Source: an uncultured Verrucomicrobiae bacterium (GTDB lineage: Bacteria > Verrucomicrobiota > Verrucomicrobiia > Chthoniobacterales > JAFAMB01). From it: a stretch of 64,000 nt of DNA. This document shows positions 9,683-19,575 of the stretch, one piece after another; the stretch's first letter is position 1, and each line of letters starts with the position of its first letter. Made by a program: the position numbers and the translations under genes. The stretch spans positions 64,001 through 128,000 of the forward strand of contig CAWEXO010000012.1 of assembly GCA_963813025.1 (NCBI GenBank). Reading direction: 5' to 3'. The notes beneath the pieces were generated by a model. It was not told where the DNA came from, did not search any database, and saw nothing but the letters and a program-made list of their open reading frames with translations.

Positions 9683-12356
9683 TTACTTTGCCGGTAGCCA
9701 CCGTGTTACTGCTCTGCTGGGTGATGGTCCCCACCATGAGTTTCGTTTCAGTGATGGCTGTCGTCGCAGCGTCCTGAGTGAGCCCTTCCACGTTGGGCAC
9801 GGTCACCAGCTGTGGCCCTGAAGAAATCACCAGGTTTACCGGGGAACCTTGCGCCACAGAGCTGCCGCTCGTCGGCTCCTGGCTAATTACATTGCCGGTA
9901 GCCACCGTGTTACTGCTCTGCTGGGTGATGGTCCCCCCCTTGAGTTTCGCTGCCGTGATGGCTGTCGTCGCAGCGTCCCGAGGGAGCCCCTCCACGTTGG
10001 GCATGGTTACCATTTGTAGCCCTGAAGAAATCACCAGGTTCACCGGGGAACCTTGCGCCACGGAGCTCCCGCTCGCCGGGTCCTGGCTAATTACATTGCC
10101 GGTAGCCACCGTGTTACTGCTCTGCTGGGTGATGGTCCCCACCGTGAGTTTCGCTGCCGTGATGGCTGTGGTCGCGGCGGCCTGAGTTAGCCCCTCCACG
10201 TTGGGCACGGTCACCATTTGTAGCCCTGAAGAAATCACCAGGTTTACCGGGGAACCTTGCGCGACGGAGCTCCCGCTCGCCGGGTCCTGGCCAATTACAT
10301 TGCCGGTAGCCACCGTGTCACTGCTCTGCTGGGTGAGGGTCCCCACCGTGAGTTTCGCTGCCGTGATGGCGGTGGTCGCAGCGGCCTGAGGGAGCGCCTC
10401 CACGTTGGGCACGGTCATCATCTGTGGCCCTGTAGAAATCACCAGGTTCACCGGGGAACCTGGCGCCACGGAGCTCCCGGTCGTTGGGTCCTGGGTAATT
10501 ACTTTGCCGGTAGCCACCGTGTTGCTGGTCTGCTGGGTGACGGTGCCCACCATGAGTTCCGTCCCGGTGATGGCTGTGGTCGCAGCGTCCTGAGTCAACC
10601 CTTCCACGTTGGGCACGGTCACCATTTGTGGCCCTGAAGAAATCACCAGGTTCACCGGGGAACCTTGCGCCACGGAGCTCCCGCTCGCCGGCTCCTGGCT
10701 AATCGCATTGCCGGTAGCCACCGTGTTGCTGGTCTGCTCGGTGAGGGTCCCCACCGTGAGTTTCGCCCCGGCGATGGCTGTGGTCGCGGCGGCCTGAGTC
10801 AGCCCTTCCACGTTGGGCACGGTCACCATCTGTGGCCCTGAAGAAATCACCAGGTTCACCGGGGAACCTGGCGCCACGGAACTCCCGCTCGCCGGGTCCT
10901 GGCTAATTACATTGCCGGCAGCCACCGTGTTACTGCTCTGTTGGGTGACGGTGCCCACCGTGAGTTTCGCCCCGGCGATCGCTGTGGTCGCAGCGTCAGT
11001 CAGCCCCTCCACGTTGGGCACGTTCACCATCTGTGGCCCTGAAGAAATCACCAGGTTTACCGGGGAGCCTTGCGCCACGGAGCTCCCGCTCGCCGGGTCC
11101 TGGCCAATTACATTGCCGGTACCCACCGTGTTACTGCTCTGCTGGGTGAGGGTCCCCACCGTGAGTTTCGCCCCGGTGATGGTTGTGGTCGCAGCACCCT
11201 GGGTCAGCCCTTCCACGTTGGGCACGTTCACCATCTGTGGCCCTGAAGAAATCACCAGGTTTACCGGGGAACCCTGCGCCCCGGAACTCCCGCTCTCCGG
11301 GTCCTGGCTAATTACATTGCCGGTAGCCACCGTGTCACTGCTCTGCTGGGTGAGGGTCCCCACCGTGAGTTTCGCCCCGGTGATGACTGTGGTTGCAGTG
11401 TCCTGAGTCAGCCCTTCCACGTTGGGCACGTTCACCATCTGTGGCCCTGAAGAAATCACCAGGTTTACCGGGGAACCTTGCGCCACGGAGCCCCCGCTCG
11501 CCGGGTCCTGTCTAATTACATTGCCGGTAGCCACCGTGTTACTGCTCTGCTGGGTGACGGTGCCCACCGTGAGTTTCGTCCCGGTGATGGCTGTGGTTGC
11601 GGCGTCCTTTGTCAGCCCCTCCACGTTGGGCATGGTCACCATCTGTGGCCCTGAAGAAATCACCAGGTTCACCGGGGAACCTTGCGCCACGGAGCTCCCG
11701 CTCGCCGGGTCCTGGCCAATTACATTGCCGGTAGCCACCGTGTTGCTGGTCTGCTGAGTGATGGTCCCCACCATGAGTTTCGCTCCGGTGATTGCTGTGG
11801 TCGCAGCGGCCTGAGTCAGCCCTTCCACCTTGGGCATGGTCACCATCTGTGGCCCTGAAGAAATCACCAGGTTCAGCGGAGAACCTTGCGCCACGGAACT
11901 CCCGCTCGTCGGGTCCTGGCTAATTACTTTGCCGGAAGCGACCGTGTTACTGGTCTGCTGCATGACGGTCCCCACCATGAGTTTCGCTGCCGTGATGGCT
12001 GTGGTCGCAGCGGCCTGAGTCAGCCCCTCCACGTTGGGCACGGTCACCATCTGTGGCCCTGAAGAAATCACCAGGTTCACCCGGGAACCTGGCGCCACGG
12101 AACTCCCGCTCGCCGGATCCTGGCTAATTACATTGCCGGTAGCCACCGTGTTACTGGTCTGCTGGGTGATGGTCCCCACCATGAGTTTCGCCCCGGTAAT
12201 GGCTGTGGTCGCGGCGGCCTGAGTCAGCCCTTCCACGTTGGGCACGTTCACCTTGGCGCATCCGCTTACAAAAAGGAGCGCGCACGCAAGGCAGGCGCCA
12301 AGGCACCATTGCCAGGCCAACCGAATCAACCAACCCCTTCCGGCCAGGAAGATCAT
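9597..12356 (-). CDS. lipoprotein composed of 13 tandem PASTA domains
   Basis: Signal peptide ending FVSG-C (lipobox-like), then 13 copies of VPNVEGLTQxAATTAI...GxVIxQDPxSGSSVxxGSPVNLVISSGPQM. No catalytic domain. Confidence 0.92.
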   Translation of the reverse strand: MIFLAGRGWLIRLAWQWCLGACLACALLFVSGCAKVNVPNVEGLTQAAATTAITGAKLMVGTITQQTSNTVATGNVISQDPASGSSVAPGSRVNLVISSGPQMVTVPNVEGLTQAAATTAITAAKLMVGTVMQQTSNTVASGKVISQDPTSGSSVAQGSPLNLVISSGPQMVTMPKVEGLTQAAATTAITGAKLMVGTITQQTSNTVATGNVIGQDPASGSSVAQGSPVNLVISSGPQMVTMPNVEGLTKDAATTAITGTKLTVGTVTQQSSNTVATGNVIRQDPASGGSVAQGSPVNLVISSGPQMVNVPNVEGLTQDTATTVITGAKLTVGTLTQQSSDTVATGNVISQDPESGSSGAQGSPVNLVISSGPQMVNVPNVEGLTQGAATTTITGAKLTVGTLTQQSSNTVGTGNVIGQDPASGSSVAQGSPVNLVISSGPQMVNVPNVEGLTDAATTAIAGAKLTVGTVTQQSSNTVAAGNVISQDPASGSSVAPGSPVNLVISSGPQMVTVPNVEGLTQAAATTAIAGAKLTVGTLTEQTSNTVATGNAISQEPASGSSVAQGSPVNLVISSGPQMVTVPNVEGLTQDAATTAITGTELMVGTVTQQTSNTVATGKVITQDPTTGSSVAPGSPVNLVISTGPQMMTVPNVEALPQAAATTAITAAKLTVGTLTQQSSDTVATGNVIGQDPASGSSVAQGSPVNLVISSGLQMVTVPNVEGLTQAAATTAITAAKLTVGTITQQSSNTVATGNVISQDPASGSSVAQGSPVNLVISSGLQMVTMPNVEGLPRDAATTAITAAKLKGGTITQQSSNTVATGNVISQEPTSGSSVAQGSPVNLVISSGPQLVTVPNVEGLTQDAATTAITETKLMVGTITQQSSNTVATGKVISQDPASGSSVAQGSPVNLVISSGEKYK
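9606..12254. repeat. 13 x ~204-bp intragenic tandem repeat (one unit 201 bp)
   Basis: CCCTGAAGAAATCACCAGGTT, or a near match, recurs every 204 nt. Unit 7 lacks one codon. Confidence 0.97.
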
Positions 12357-12822
12357 TTAATCTCGAGACATAGCAGCGTCTTTAAGCCTTTTGAAGCTTA
12401 TTCGCCTCGTAACCTAAAATGGGTACCTTTCGTCTTTCGATCAAACTCTTTAGCTGGCGCAGCTGATCACTCGGCGATCTCTCTTCTCATTGCTGGCACC
12501 TAACACACCGTTCGCTCTCGGAGCACTGCGTGGCGTCTGGGGCTGGACACTTTTTAGCTTAGTTTACCCGGCGCCCGAAGGTTTGGTTCGAGAGCCGGGC
12601 TCCACATTGCCGGGCGCAATCCAGTCACCGAACACCGCCTCCCCGTAAATCCGCCTTCTCCACCCCAAGGCCAATGAGCGCCGGATTCGTTTAACTGACT
12701 GGCCCGCGTCGCGGATACTGGATTGGACTCTCTGGTCGCAAGCTCTCCGGGTCAGGACGAGCAGTTCAGAGATGGCGAACAGATTGCGCGCTTTCGGTAG
12801 ACGCAAAGGCAATCATCACCTT

Positions 12823-13059
12823 ATGCGCAACTTAAAACTCATCACCGCTTCAGTCTTGGCTATCTTAGTAGCAATCCTGGTCGTCCAGAACAGGGAGCCG
12901 GTAACAACGCATCTCCTGTTTGCTACGGCTGTGATGCCTCACGCCATTCTGCTTTTCATCAACGCCGCTGTCGGGTTCGCTCTTGGAGTCCTTCTCACAA
13001 TGTCGCTGAATGCATCCTCTGGCTCTTCATTATCGTCTAAGGCATCAATGAGTCTCTAG
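12823..13059 (+). CDS. LapA/DUF1049-family small membrane protein, copy 1
   Basis: MRNLKLITASVLAILVAILVVQNREPV..HLLF: two TM helices with the QN..PV motif. Confidence 0.8.
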   Translation: MRNLKLITASVLAILVAILVVQNREPVTTHLLFATAVMPHAILLFINAAVGFALGVLLTMSLNASSGSSLSSKASMSL

Positions 13060-13176
13060 CCGTCCCAATTACCTTAGCAGATGGCTTCACCGCTCGAGCT
13101 ACGAATTACCCAACAGGTAGATTTCGCAGAATAAAAGGCTTGAACAGATCGCGGTTCGAAAATTATGGTTCGGCAT

Positions 13177-13320
13177 ATGCTTTGGACTATTGCGGTCATC
13201 TTGCTGATCTTGTGGCTTCTGGGATTCTCGTTCCATATTGGCGGAGGCCTAATTCACATTATTTTGGTGATCGTTGTCATCGTGGTAATATTAAGGCTCG
13301 TCTCAGGTCGCGGCCTGTAG
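13177..13320 (+). CDS. lmo0937-family (DUF5670) 47-aa membrane protein
   Basis: Read manually: MLWTIAVILLILWLLGFSFHIGGGLIHIILVIVVIVVILRLVSGRGL*. Below the ORF-track size cutoff. Confidence 0.9.
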   Translation: MLWTIAVILLILWLLGFSFHIGGGLIHIILVIVVIVVILRLVSGRGL

Positions 13321-13862
13321 GGATCAGGTCGGTTTCAAATTTGACTAACCGAACGGGTCACGATAATGGATTGGACTGCTTGTTCGTAAGCTCTAGGGAT
13401 GGAAGTGTTCCAACTTTACAGAGTGGTCTGAATCAGGTTGGACCGATGTGCTCCTGGCGGAAGTGTTGCGAGATATTGTCAAAAGTTGGGTATGAGGAGT
13501 TGGCGCATCTGTTGGTTATAACAGGTTAGGCAGCTTGTTCTTTTGATTCTTCTCCATCGACGAATTTGGTGCCCGTCACCACTTTGGTAACGAGTTCCGC
13601 GCCGTTGGGGCCCAGTGTCTTTCTGCTTCGTTAGCAGAAGCAGCATCGCCAGACATGGGACTGGAATCCGCGCGACGCCCTTGATGAGCCAGAGCCATCC
13701 CGCTGACGCGGTCCGAACTGACAAGGTCTTCCAGCGCGAATCGCGCTGGAATGCCGACCATGGGGCTCACGCCCGCTTGATCCCCGACCTTTTGGCGCCC
13801 TTATGCGAAACCATCCGCCACATAACCTCGCCACCTCTTCACTGAACCCGCTGAATCCGCTG

Positions 13863-16064
13863 TTACTTATACTCGTGTCGTCTGAACCCGATTGTTGACA
13901 AAGGCGGCAACGTTAGGCATAGGGAATGCGAGCGTCCCTGCCAAGGAATCGGATCGGCGTGCATTCCGCCCCAATTACCGATGTTGCCGCCCCCGTAGAT
14001 CCCGCCGTCGGTATTCAAGATCTCTTCGTACCAACCCTCGCTAGGTGCTCCGACTCGGTAGGCGTATCTGGGAACCGGTGCCGCATTCACCGCGAAGAGC
14101 AAAGTGGAACCGGACTCCGCCTTACGTAGGAACGTGAGGATGCTGTTGTCGGCGTCGTGAAAATCTATCCACTCAAATCCGAGATAACTATCATCGTTCT
14201 CCGAAAAGGCAGCCTCGCTCTTGTAAAGGAAATTAAGATGCTGGACCAGCCGTCTAAGACCGTCATGCAAGGGGTTTTGGAGCAGGTGCCAATCGCTGCT
14301 TTGGTCGTGATTCCATTCTTGCCACTGGCCGATTTCGCATCCCATGAACAGCAGCTTTTTGCCGGGGTGGGCGTACATCCAGGCATAAAACATGCGGAGG
14401 TTGGCGAACTTTTGCCATGGATCGCCCGGCATTTTGTTCAGTAGCGAACCTTTACCGTGCACAACTTCGTCGTGGCTCAAGACCAGGACAAAATGTTCCT
14501 GGAAGGCATAGGCCAAAGAGAATGTGGCTTCACTTTGATGGTACCGGCGATGAATTGGTTCAAGACTCATGTACTGCAGAAAGTCGTGCATCCAACCCAT
14601 GTTCCATTTAAAACCGAATCCCAGCCCACCCAAGTAAGTCGGACGTGAGACGCCAGGCCAGGCAGTCGATTCTTCTGCAATAGTCATAATACCTGGGAAA
14701 CGTTCGTAACAAACGGCGTTAAAGTGTTTCATGAATTCGATTGCTTCGAGATTCTCCCGCCCGCCGTGAACGTTGGGCACCCATTCGCCAGCCTTCCTTG
14801 AGTAGTCGAGGTACAGCATCGACGCGACGGCATCCACTCGCAGGCCGTCGATATGGTATTTGTCGAGCCAGAAAAGGCCGTTTGCGATCAGGAAGTTACG
14901 TACTTCGTTCCGACCGAAGTTGAAGATCAGCGTGCCCCAATCGCGCTGTTCTCCCTGTCGCGGATCGGCGTGTTCGTAAAGCTGTGTTCCGTCGAATTGA
15001 GCCAACCCAAAGGCATCCTTGGGGAAATGGCCCGGAACCCAGTCGAGAATGACTCCGATGCCCTCTTGGTGGCAGCAATCGACGAAATGGCGAAACTCGT
15101 CCGGATTTCCAAAACGGCTCGTTGGCGCATAGTAACCGGTGACCTGGTAACCCCAGGAACCGTCAAACGGATGCTCGGCGACGGGTAGTAATTCGACATG
15201 GCTGTAGCCCATTTCTTTCACATAGGGGATCAGCCGATCTGCGAACTCGGTGTAACTCAAATATCGGTTGTTCTCTTCGGGGACTCTCGCCCACGACCCA
15301 AGGTGAACCTCATAGATACTGACGGGTTGATGAGGCCAGTACCGGGTCTTCCGTTCTTCTACCCATGCATCGTCATTCCATTTGAAGCGATCGAGATTGA
15401 AAACCAGGGAAGCCGTCTGAACTCCATGCTGGCCGAAGAAAGAGAAGGGATCGCTTTTCAAGACAACATTGCCAAAGCAGTTGCGGATCTCGTATTTGTA
15501 ATGAGCGCTTTCACCAACCCCCGGAACGAAAATTTCCCAGATCCCTGCTTCGATGCGTTTTCGCATCTGGTGGGTACGTCCATCCCAGCCATTAAAATCC
15601 CCAACCACGCTGACCTGTCGAGCATTGGGAGCCCAAACGGCAAAACTCACACCCGCATGTCCATTGATTTCCGTAAGATGCGCTCCGAGCTTTTCGTAGA
15701 TCTCATAGTGGTTGCCTACACAATACAGGTGAGTGTCCTGTTCACCTAAGATCGGCCCATAAGAGTAGGGATCGCTGATCTGGAAGGTCTCTCCCGACCA
15801 GGTGGTGACCTGTAGCAGGTAGTCAAAGGCCTCTGTTACGCCCTCTAGTTGGGCTTCAAACAATCCTTCCTTTGCGACGCGGGTCGCGGGGAAGCGCCGC
15901 TCGACGTGGCGACGGTCGACAATCGCGAGTTCTTTCGCATCCGGTCTAAGACTACGCACAACCCAGACTTGGTCGATCTGATGCAATCCGAGCACGCCAA
16001 ACGGGTCATTATGTTCAGCGTGCAGAAGCCGGTGGATATCGTGGGGGGGTACTGTGGTGTTCAT
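13863..16064 (-). CDS. glgB: 1,4-alpha-glucan branching enzyme
   Basis: FAVWAPNA, YEVHLGSW, SWGYQ, LDWVPGHFP, DGLRVDAVASMLY, IAEEST and SHDEVVHGKGSL motifs. Confidence 0.98.
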   Translation of the reverse strand: MNTTVPPHDIHRLLHAEHNDPFGVLGLHQIDQVWVVRSLRPDAKELAIVDRRHVERRFPATRVAKEGLFEAQLEGVTEAFDYLLQVTTWSGETFQISDPYSYGPILGEQDTHLYCVGNHYEIYEKLGAHLTEINGHAGVSFAVWAPNARQVSVVGDFNGWDGRTHQMRKRIEAGIWEIFVPGVGESAHYKYEIRNCFGNVVLKSDPFSFFGQHGVQTASLVFNLDRFKWNDDAWVEERKTRYWPHQPVSIYEVHLGSWARVPEENNRYLSYTEFADRLIPYVKEMGYSHVELLPVAEHPFDGSWGYQVTGYYAPTSRFGNPDEFRHFVDCCHQEGIGVILDWVPGHFPKDAFGLAQFDGTQLYEHADPRQGEQRDWGTLIFNFGRNEVRNFLIANGLFWLDKYHIDGLRVDAVASMLYLDYSRKAGEWVPNVHGGRENLEAIEFMKHFNAVCYERFPGIMTIAEESTAWPGVSRPTYLGGLGFGFKWNMGWMHDFLQYMSLEPIHRRYHQSEATFSLAYAFQEHFVLVLSHDEVVHGKGSLLNKMPGDPWQKFANLRMFYAWMYAHPGKKLLFMGCEIGQWQEWNHDQSSDWHLLQNPLHDGLRRLVQHLNFLYKSEAAFSENDDSYLGFEWIDFHDADNSILTFLRKAESGSTLLFAVNAAPVPRYAYRVGAPSEGWYEEILNTDGGIYGGGNIGNWGGMHADPIPWQGRSHSLCLTLPPLSTIGFRRHEYK

Positions 16065-16299
16065 ATTGATTCCTTTAAAAGGGAAGCCATCGCGGTTGAC
16101 GTGACTTCTGGAACGGGACAGGTCTGAAGTGTAGTTCTGCGGATTGGTTTTTGGTTGATAGCTAATTTGTGTTATTACAAGGTGGCGTCCAGACTTATCC
16201 ATAATCGCCCCGGAGCCGCCGTGCTGCGAGAATGCCTGGGACAGGTACGTGGGTAAGTCGCGCATTGGAGCCGAGGCGACTCCGAAGCCCAGGGTTTGT

Positions 16300-16480
16300 C
16301 TTTCGGCTGCTGGGCGGCAAATTGATCCGGGGTCAGATAGCTTAAGGCGTTATGGGGTCGTCGTTGATTGTATTCCACCCGCCCAGCCTCGATAATCACG
16401 CGGGCTTCGGCCAGCGAGGCCAAGATTTCGCCATTCAAACATTCGTCACCAAACTTATCATGGAAGCTTTCGTTCGAACA
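16300..16480 (-). mobile_element. IS3-family transposase C-terminal (integrase core) remnant
   Basis: ESFHDKFGDECLNGEILASLAEARVIIEAGRVEYNQRRPHNALSYLTP resembles the consensus ESFNGxLRDECLN...YNxxRPHSSLGYxTP. Confidence 0.85.
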
Positions 16481-16765
16481 ACTCGACGTTATGGCTAATG
16501 CCGACGAACGGTTTCTGAATTCTGGCGGTAACTGCCGACTCTGTCCTAACAAAAAAGCAACCGCAATCGTTCGAGAAAAGTATAGGAGAATCGCACGAAG
16601 GCGGGCGAGACTGTTGGCAGGTAAGCAAACGCGTTCCGGGCGCTGTCGGTGAGTGAATTTCACCGACACCGTTAGGCGCAGGAGGTAGCACGTCGCCGGT
16701 ATCCAATACGGAACTCCCAACCTTCTTCGATCTGGGGTGAGGAGAAATGAGATTAAGGATTTAGT

Positions 16766-16945
16766 ATGAGAAAAACGATTAAGAATTTCGAACCAAAATT
16801 GGCACCAGAGAAAGCATCCTGGCTCGATGTCAGGACGATTGCGCGGGTTGAAGTTACTTCTGAAGATTGGCGATATCCGATCGAATGAGCATTTGATGAA
16901 AGAGACAGGGGTGGCGGGCGGGCCGCTGAGCGGGGGCCAGCCGTT
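16766..16945 (+). pseudogene. N-terminal remnant of a conserved 'carbohydrate-binding protein'-type hypothetical
   Basis: MRKTIK...WLDVRTIARVEVTSEDWRYPIE* then a degenerate GWRA-like segment. Resembles a family I recall as WLDxxxxAxVEVTSEDxxxPIE. Confidence 0.55.
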
Positions 16946-17009
16946 GCCTCTCTCGCGAGCTGGCGTCTCGGTTAGCTTGAGTCTTGCGGACAGAGCTTTC
17001 TTTGACTTT

Positions 17010-17222
17010 ATGCGCAACTTGAAAATCATTGTCGCTTCAATCTTGGCTATCTTGGTAGCGATCATTGTGGTCCAAAACAGGGATCCGGTAGCAACGCACT
17101 TGCTCTTTGCTACGATCGTCATGCCTCACGCAGTTCTGCTTTTCATCACTGCCGTCGCTGGGTTCGCTCTTGGAGCTCTTCTCACCTTGTCACTAAACTC
17201 AAAGCGCAAGCAAATCCCCTGA
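17010..17222 (+). CDS. LapA/DUF1049-family small membrane protein, copy 2
   Basis: MRNLKIIVASILAILVAIIVVQNRDPVATHLLF; clear paralog of 12823-13059. Confidence 0.8.
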   Translation: MRNLKIIVASILAILVAIIVVQNRDPVATHLLFATIVMPHAVLLFITAVAGFALGALLTLSLNSKRKQIP

Positions 17223-17286
17223 GCCAAAGGCAAGAAAATATCATCCCGCGCCGCTCGGTACAGCAATAGTCAAAGCAGTCGAGTCC

Positions 17287-19552
17287 ATGGAAATCGCCAC
17301 GACCATCAAACAAGTAGCCTTTCTGGGGGATCATCTTCCGCGCCAGTGCGGGATCGCAACCTTCACTTCCGATATTTGCGATGCCGTTGCAGCGGAATTC
17401 CCCCAATGTCAGTGCATCGTGGGCGCGGTCAATGATCGACCCGAAGGCTACGACTATCCAGATCGGATCCGATTCGAGATCGACGAGAAGGAACTCGATT
17501 CCTATCGCCGTGCAGCCGATTTCCTCAACGTCAACAACGTGGAGATAGTCTTGGTCCAGCACGAGTTTGGCATCTACGGCGGGCCTGCCGGCAGCCATCT
17601 TCTGGCTCTTTTGCGCGACGTACGCATGCCAGTGGTAACGACGTTGCACACCGTCCTGCGCGAGCCGAATACGGATCAGCGGGCATTGATGAGGCAACTC
17701 GATGAACTCTCCAACCGGTTCATTGTGATGGCCGACCGAGGCAAAGCTTTCCTCGAGGAGATCTATGGCATAGCGCCCGAGAAGATTGACGTAATTCCGC
17801 ATGGCATACCGGACATGCCCTTCATCGATCCTAGCTTTAACAAGGATCAGTTTGGTGTAGAGGGCAAAACGGTTTTGCTAACGTTCGGGCTGTTATCACC
17901 GAACAAAGGGATCGAGCACGTCATTGAAGCCCTCCCGGCGATTCTCGAGCAGCATCCTAACGTGGTGTATATCATTCTCGGCGCAACACACCCCAACGTC
18001 ATCACGCGCGAAGGCGAGTCGTATCGGCTTAAACTGGAGCGCCTCGCGGAGGATCGTGGTGTGGCGCCTCGTGTCATCTTTTACAATCGCTTTGTTACGC
18101 TTGAGGAATTGAAAGAATTCATCGGCGCCGCCGACATCTATATCACGCCTTATCTCAGCGAATCGCAGATTACTTCCGGCACGCTGGCTTACACGTTCGG
18201 CGCCGGCAAAGCAGTCATCTCCACCCCCTATTGGCACGCGAAGGAGTTGCTTGCTAACGATCGTGGCATTCTTGTGCCATTCGCAAATGCCCAGGCAATT
18301 GCTGAGGGTGTGAAGCGATTTCTTTCCGATCCGGTCCACATGACTGCCACGCGTAAAAGAGCATGGAAACTGGGTCGTGGGATGATCTGGCCGGTCGTAG
18401 CCAAGCGGCACATGGAAAGCTTCGAACGCGCCCGGGCGAGCTTGAGCGTGCCTCCACGAAAGGCGTTCGCCAGCTCGAACGCTGGACAATCGCCCCTATG
18501 AGTTGCCGCCACTGAAGCTAGACCACCTGCTGCGAATGACTGATAACACTGGGATTTTCCAGCATGCCATCTTCAACGTACCGAACTTCGCGGAAGGCTA
18601 TTGCACAGACGATAACGCGCGTGCTTTCATCCTCACCTTGGTACTGGAGGAGACAACGAGTCTTGTGACTCAGCTGCAATTCGAACACCTGGCCAGCATT
18701 TACCTCGCGTTCTTGTGGTACGCTTTCGATCAAGAAACCTGTCGCTTTCGAAATTTCATGAGCCACCAGCGACATTGGCTGGAACGAGAGGGCTCGGAAG
18801 ACAGCCACGCGCGGGCGCTTTGGGCCGCCGGCACGGCGCTGGGCCGCTCGAAGAACGAGGGTCACCGTAATCTCTGCGCACTTTTGTTCCAACGCGGACT
18901 ACCGACTGTCGAAAACTTCACTTCACCGAGAGCATGGGCGTTCGCGCTGCTCGCCATTCAGGAATATCTGCGTGCCTTCTCCGGCGATCGAAGCGCGAAT
19001 CAGCTGCGCGAAGTTCTCACCAACCGCTTGGTCGAGCTGTTTCGCACCAATTCCTCGGATGATTGGGTGTGGTTTGAGCCTGTAGCGACTTACGATAATG
19101 CGAGACTTTCCCAGGCGATGATCCTCAGTGGCTACTGGACTTCCCGAGGTGACGTTGTGGAAATTGGATTGCGGTCGCTCCGCTGGCTGGTGGAGCAGCA
19201 AAAAGCTGAAGGCGGTCACTTCGCGCCGATTGGCAGTAATGGCTTCTGGACCTGCGGCAACGAATGCGCCCGCTTTGATCAGCAACCACTGGAAGCCTAC
19301 GCCATGATCGCCGCTTGCGTGGAAGCGTATTCGCTGACCCGCGACTCGACTTGGCACCGGTCTGCGCGTCGCTGCTTCGAATGGTTCCTCGGCCGCAACG
19401 ATCTCGGGCAGCCACTCTACGATTCCAGCACAGGTGGCTGTCGCGACGCGTTGCATCCCGATCGGGTCAATCAAAACCAAGGAGCCGAATCCGGTCTCGC
19501 TTTCCAGCTTGCGCTGGCCGAAATGACCCGAGCAGAAGCGGTGCTCGTTTGA
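17287..19552 (+). CDS. GT4 glycosyltransferase fused to a six-hairpin glycosidase-like domain; one frameshift near 18470
   Basis: PRQCGIATF, QHEFGIYGG, FGLLSPNKGIE and SGTL..A.G.GKAVISTPYWHA. The frame then shifts into RTLDNRPYELPPLKLDHLLRMTD..GIFQHA...GYCTDDNARA...FDQQPLEA...NQGAES. Confidence 0.9.
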
Positions 19553-19575
19553 GAAGCCGAAAGGTCAGGAACAAC

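Noticed and set aside
9778..12222. Series of repeated plus-strand ORFs
   Set aside because: They are antisense shadows of the PASTA repeats.
9606..12254. Regularly spaced repeats as a CRISPR array
   Set aside because: The whole 204-bp unit is repeated, with no unique spacers, it is in-frame coding sequence, and there are no cas genes.
16175..17122. 315-aa minus-strand ORF
   Set aside because: It is antisense to the LapA copy and a pseudogene; only ~60 codons (the IS3 remnant) look like real coding sequence.
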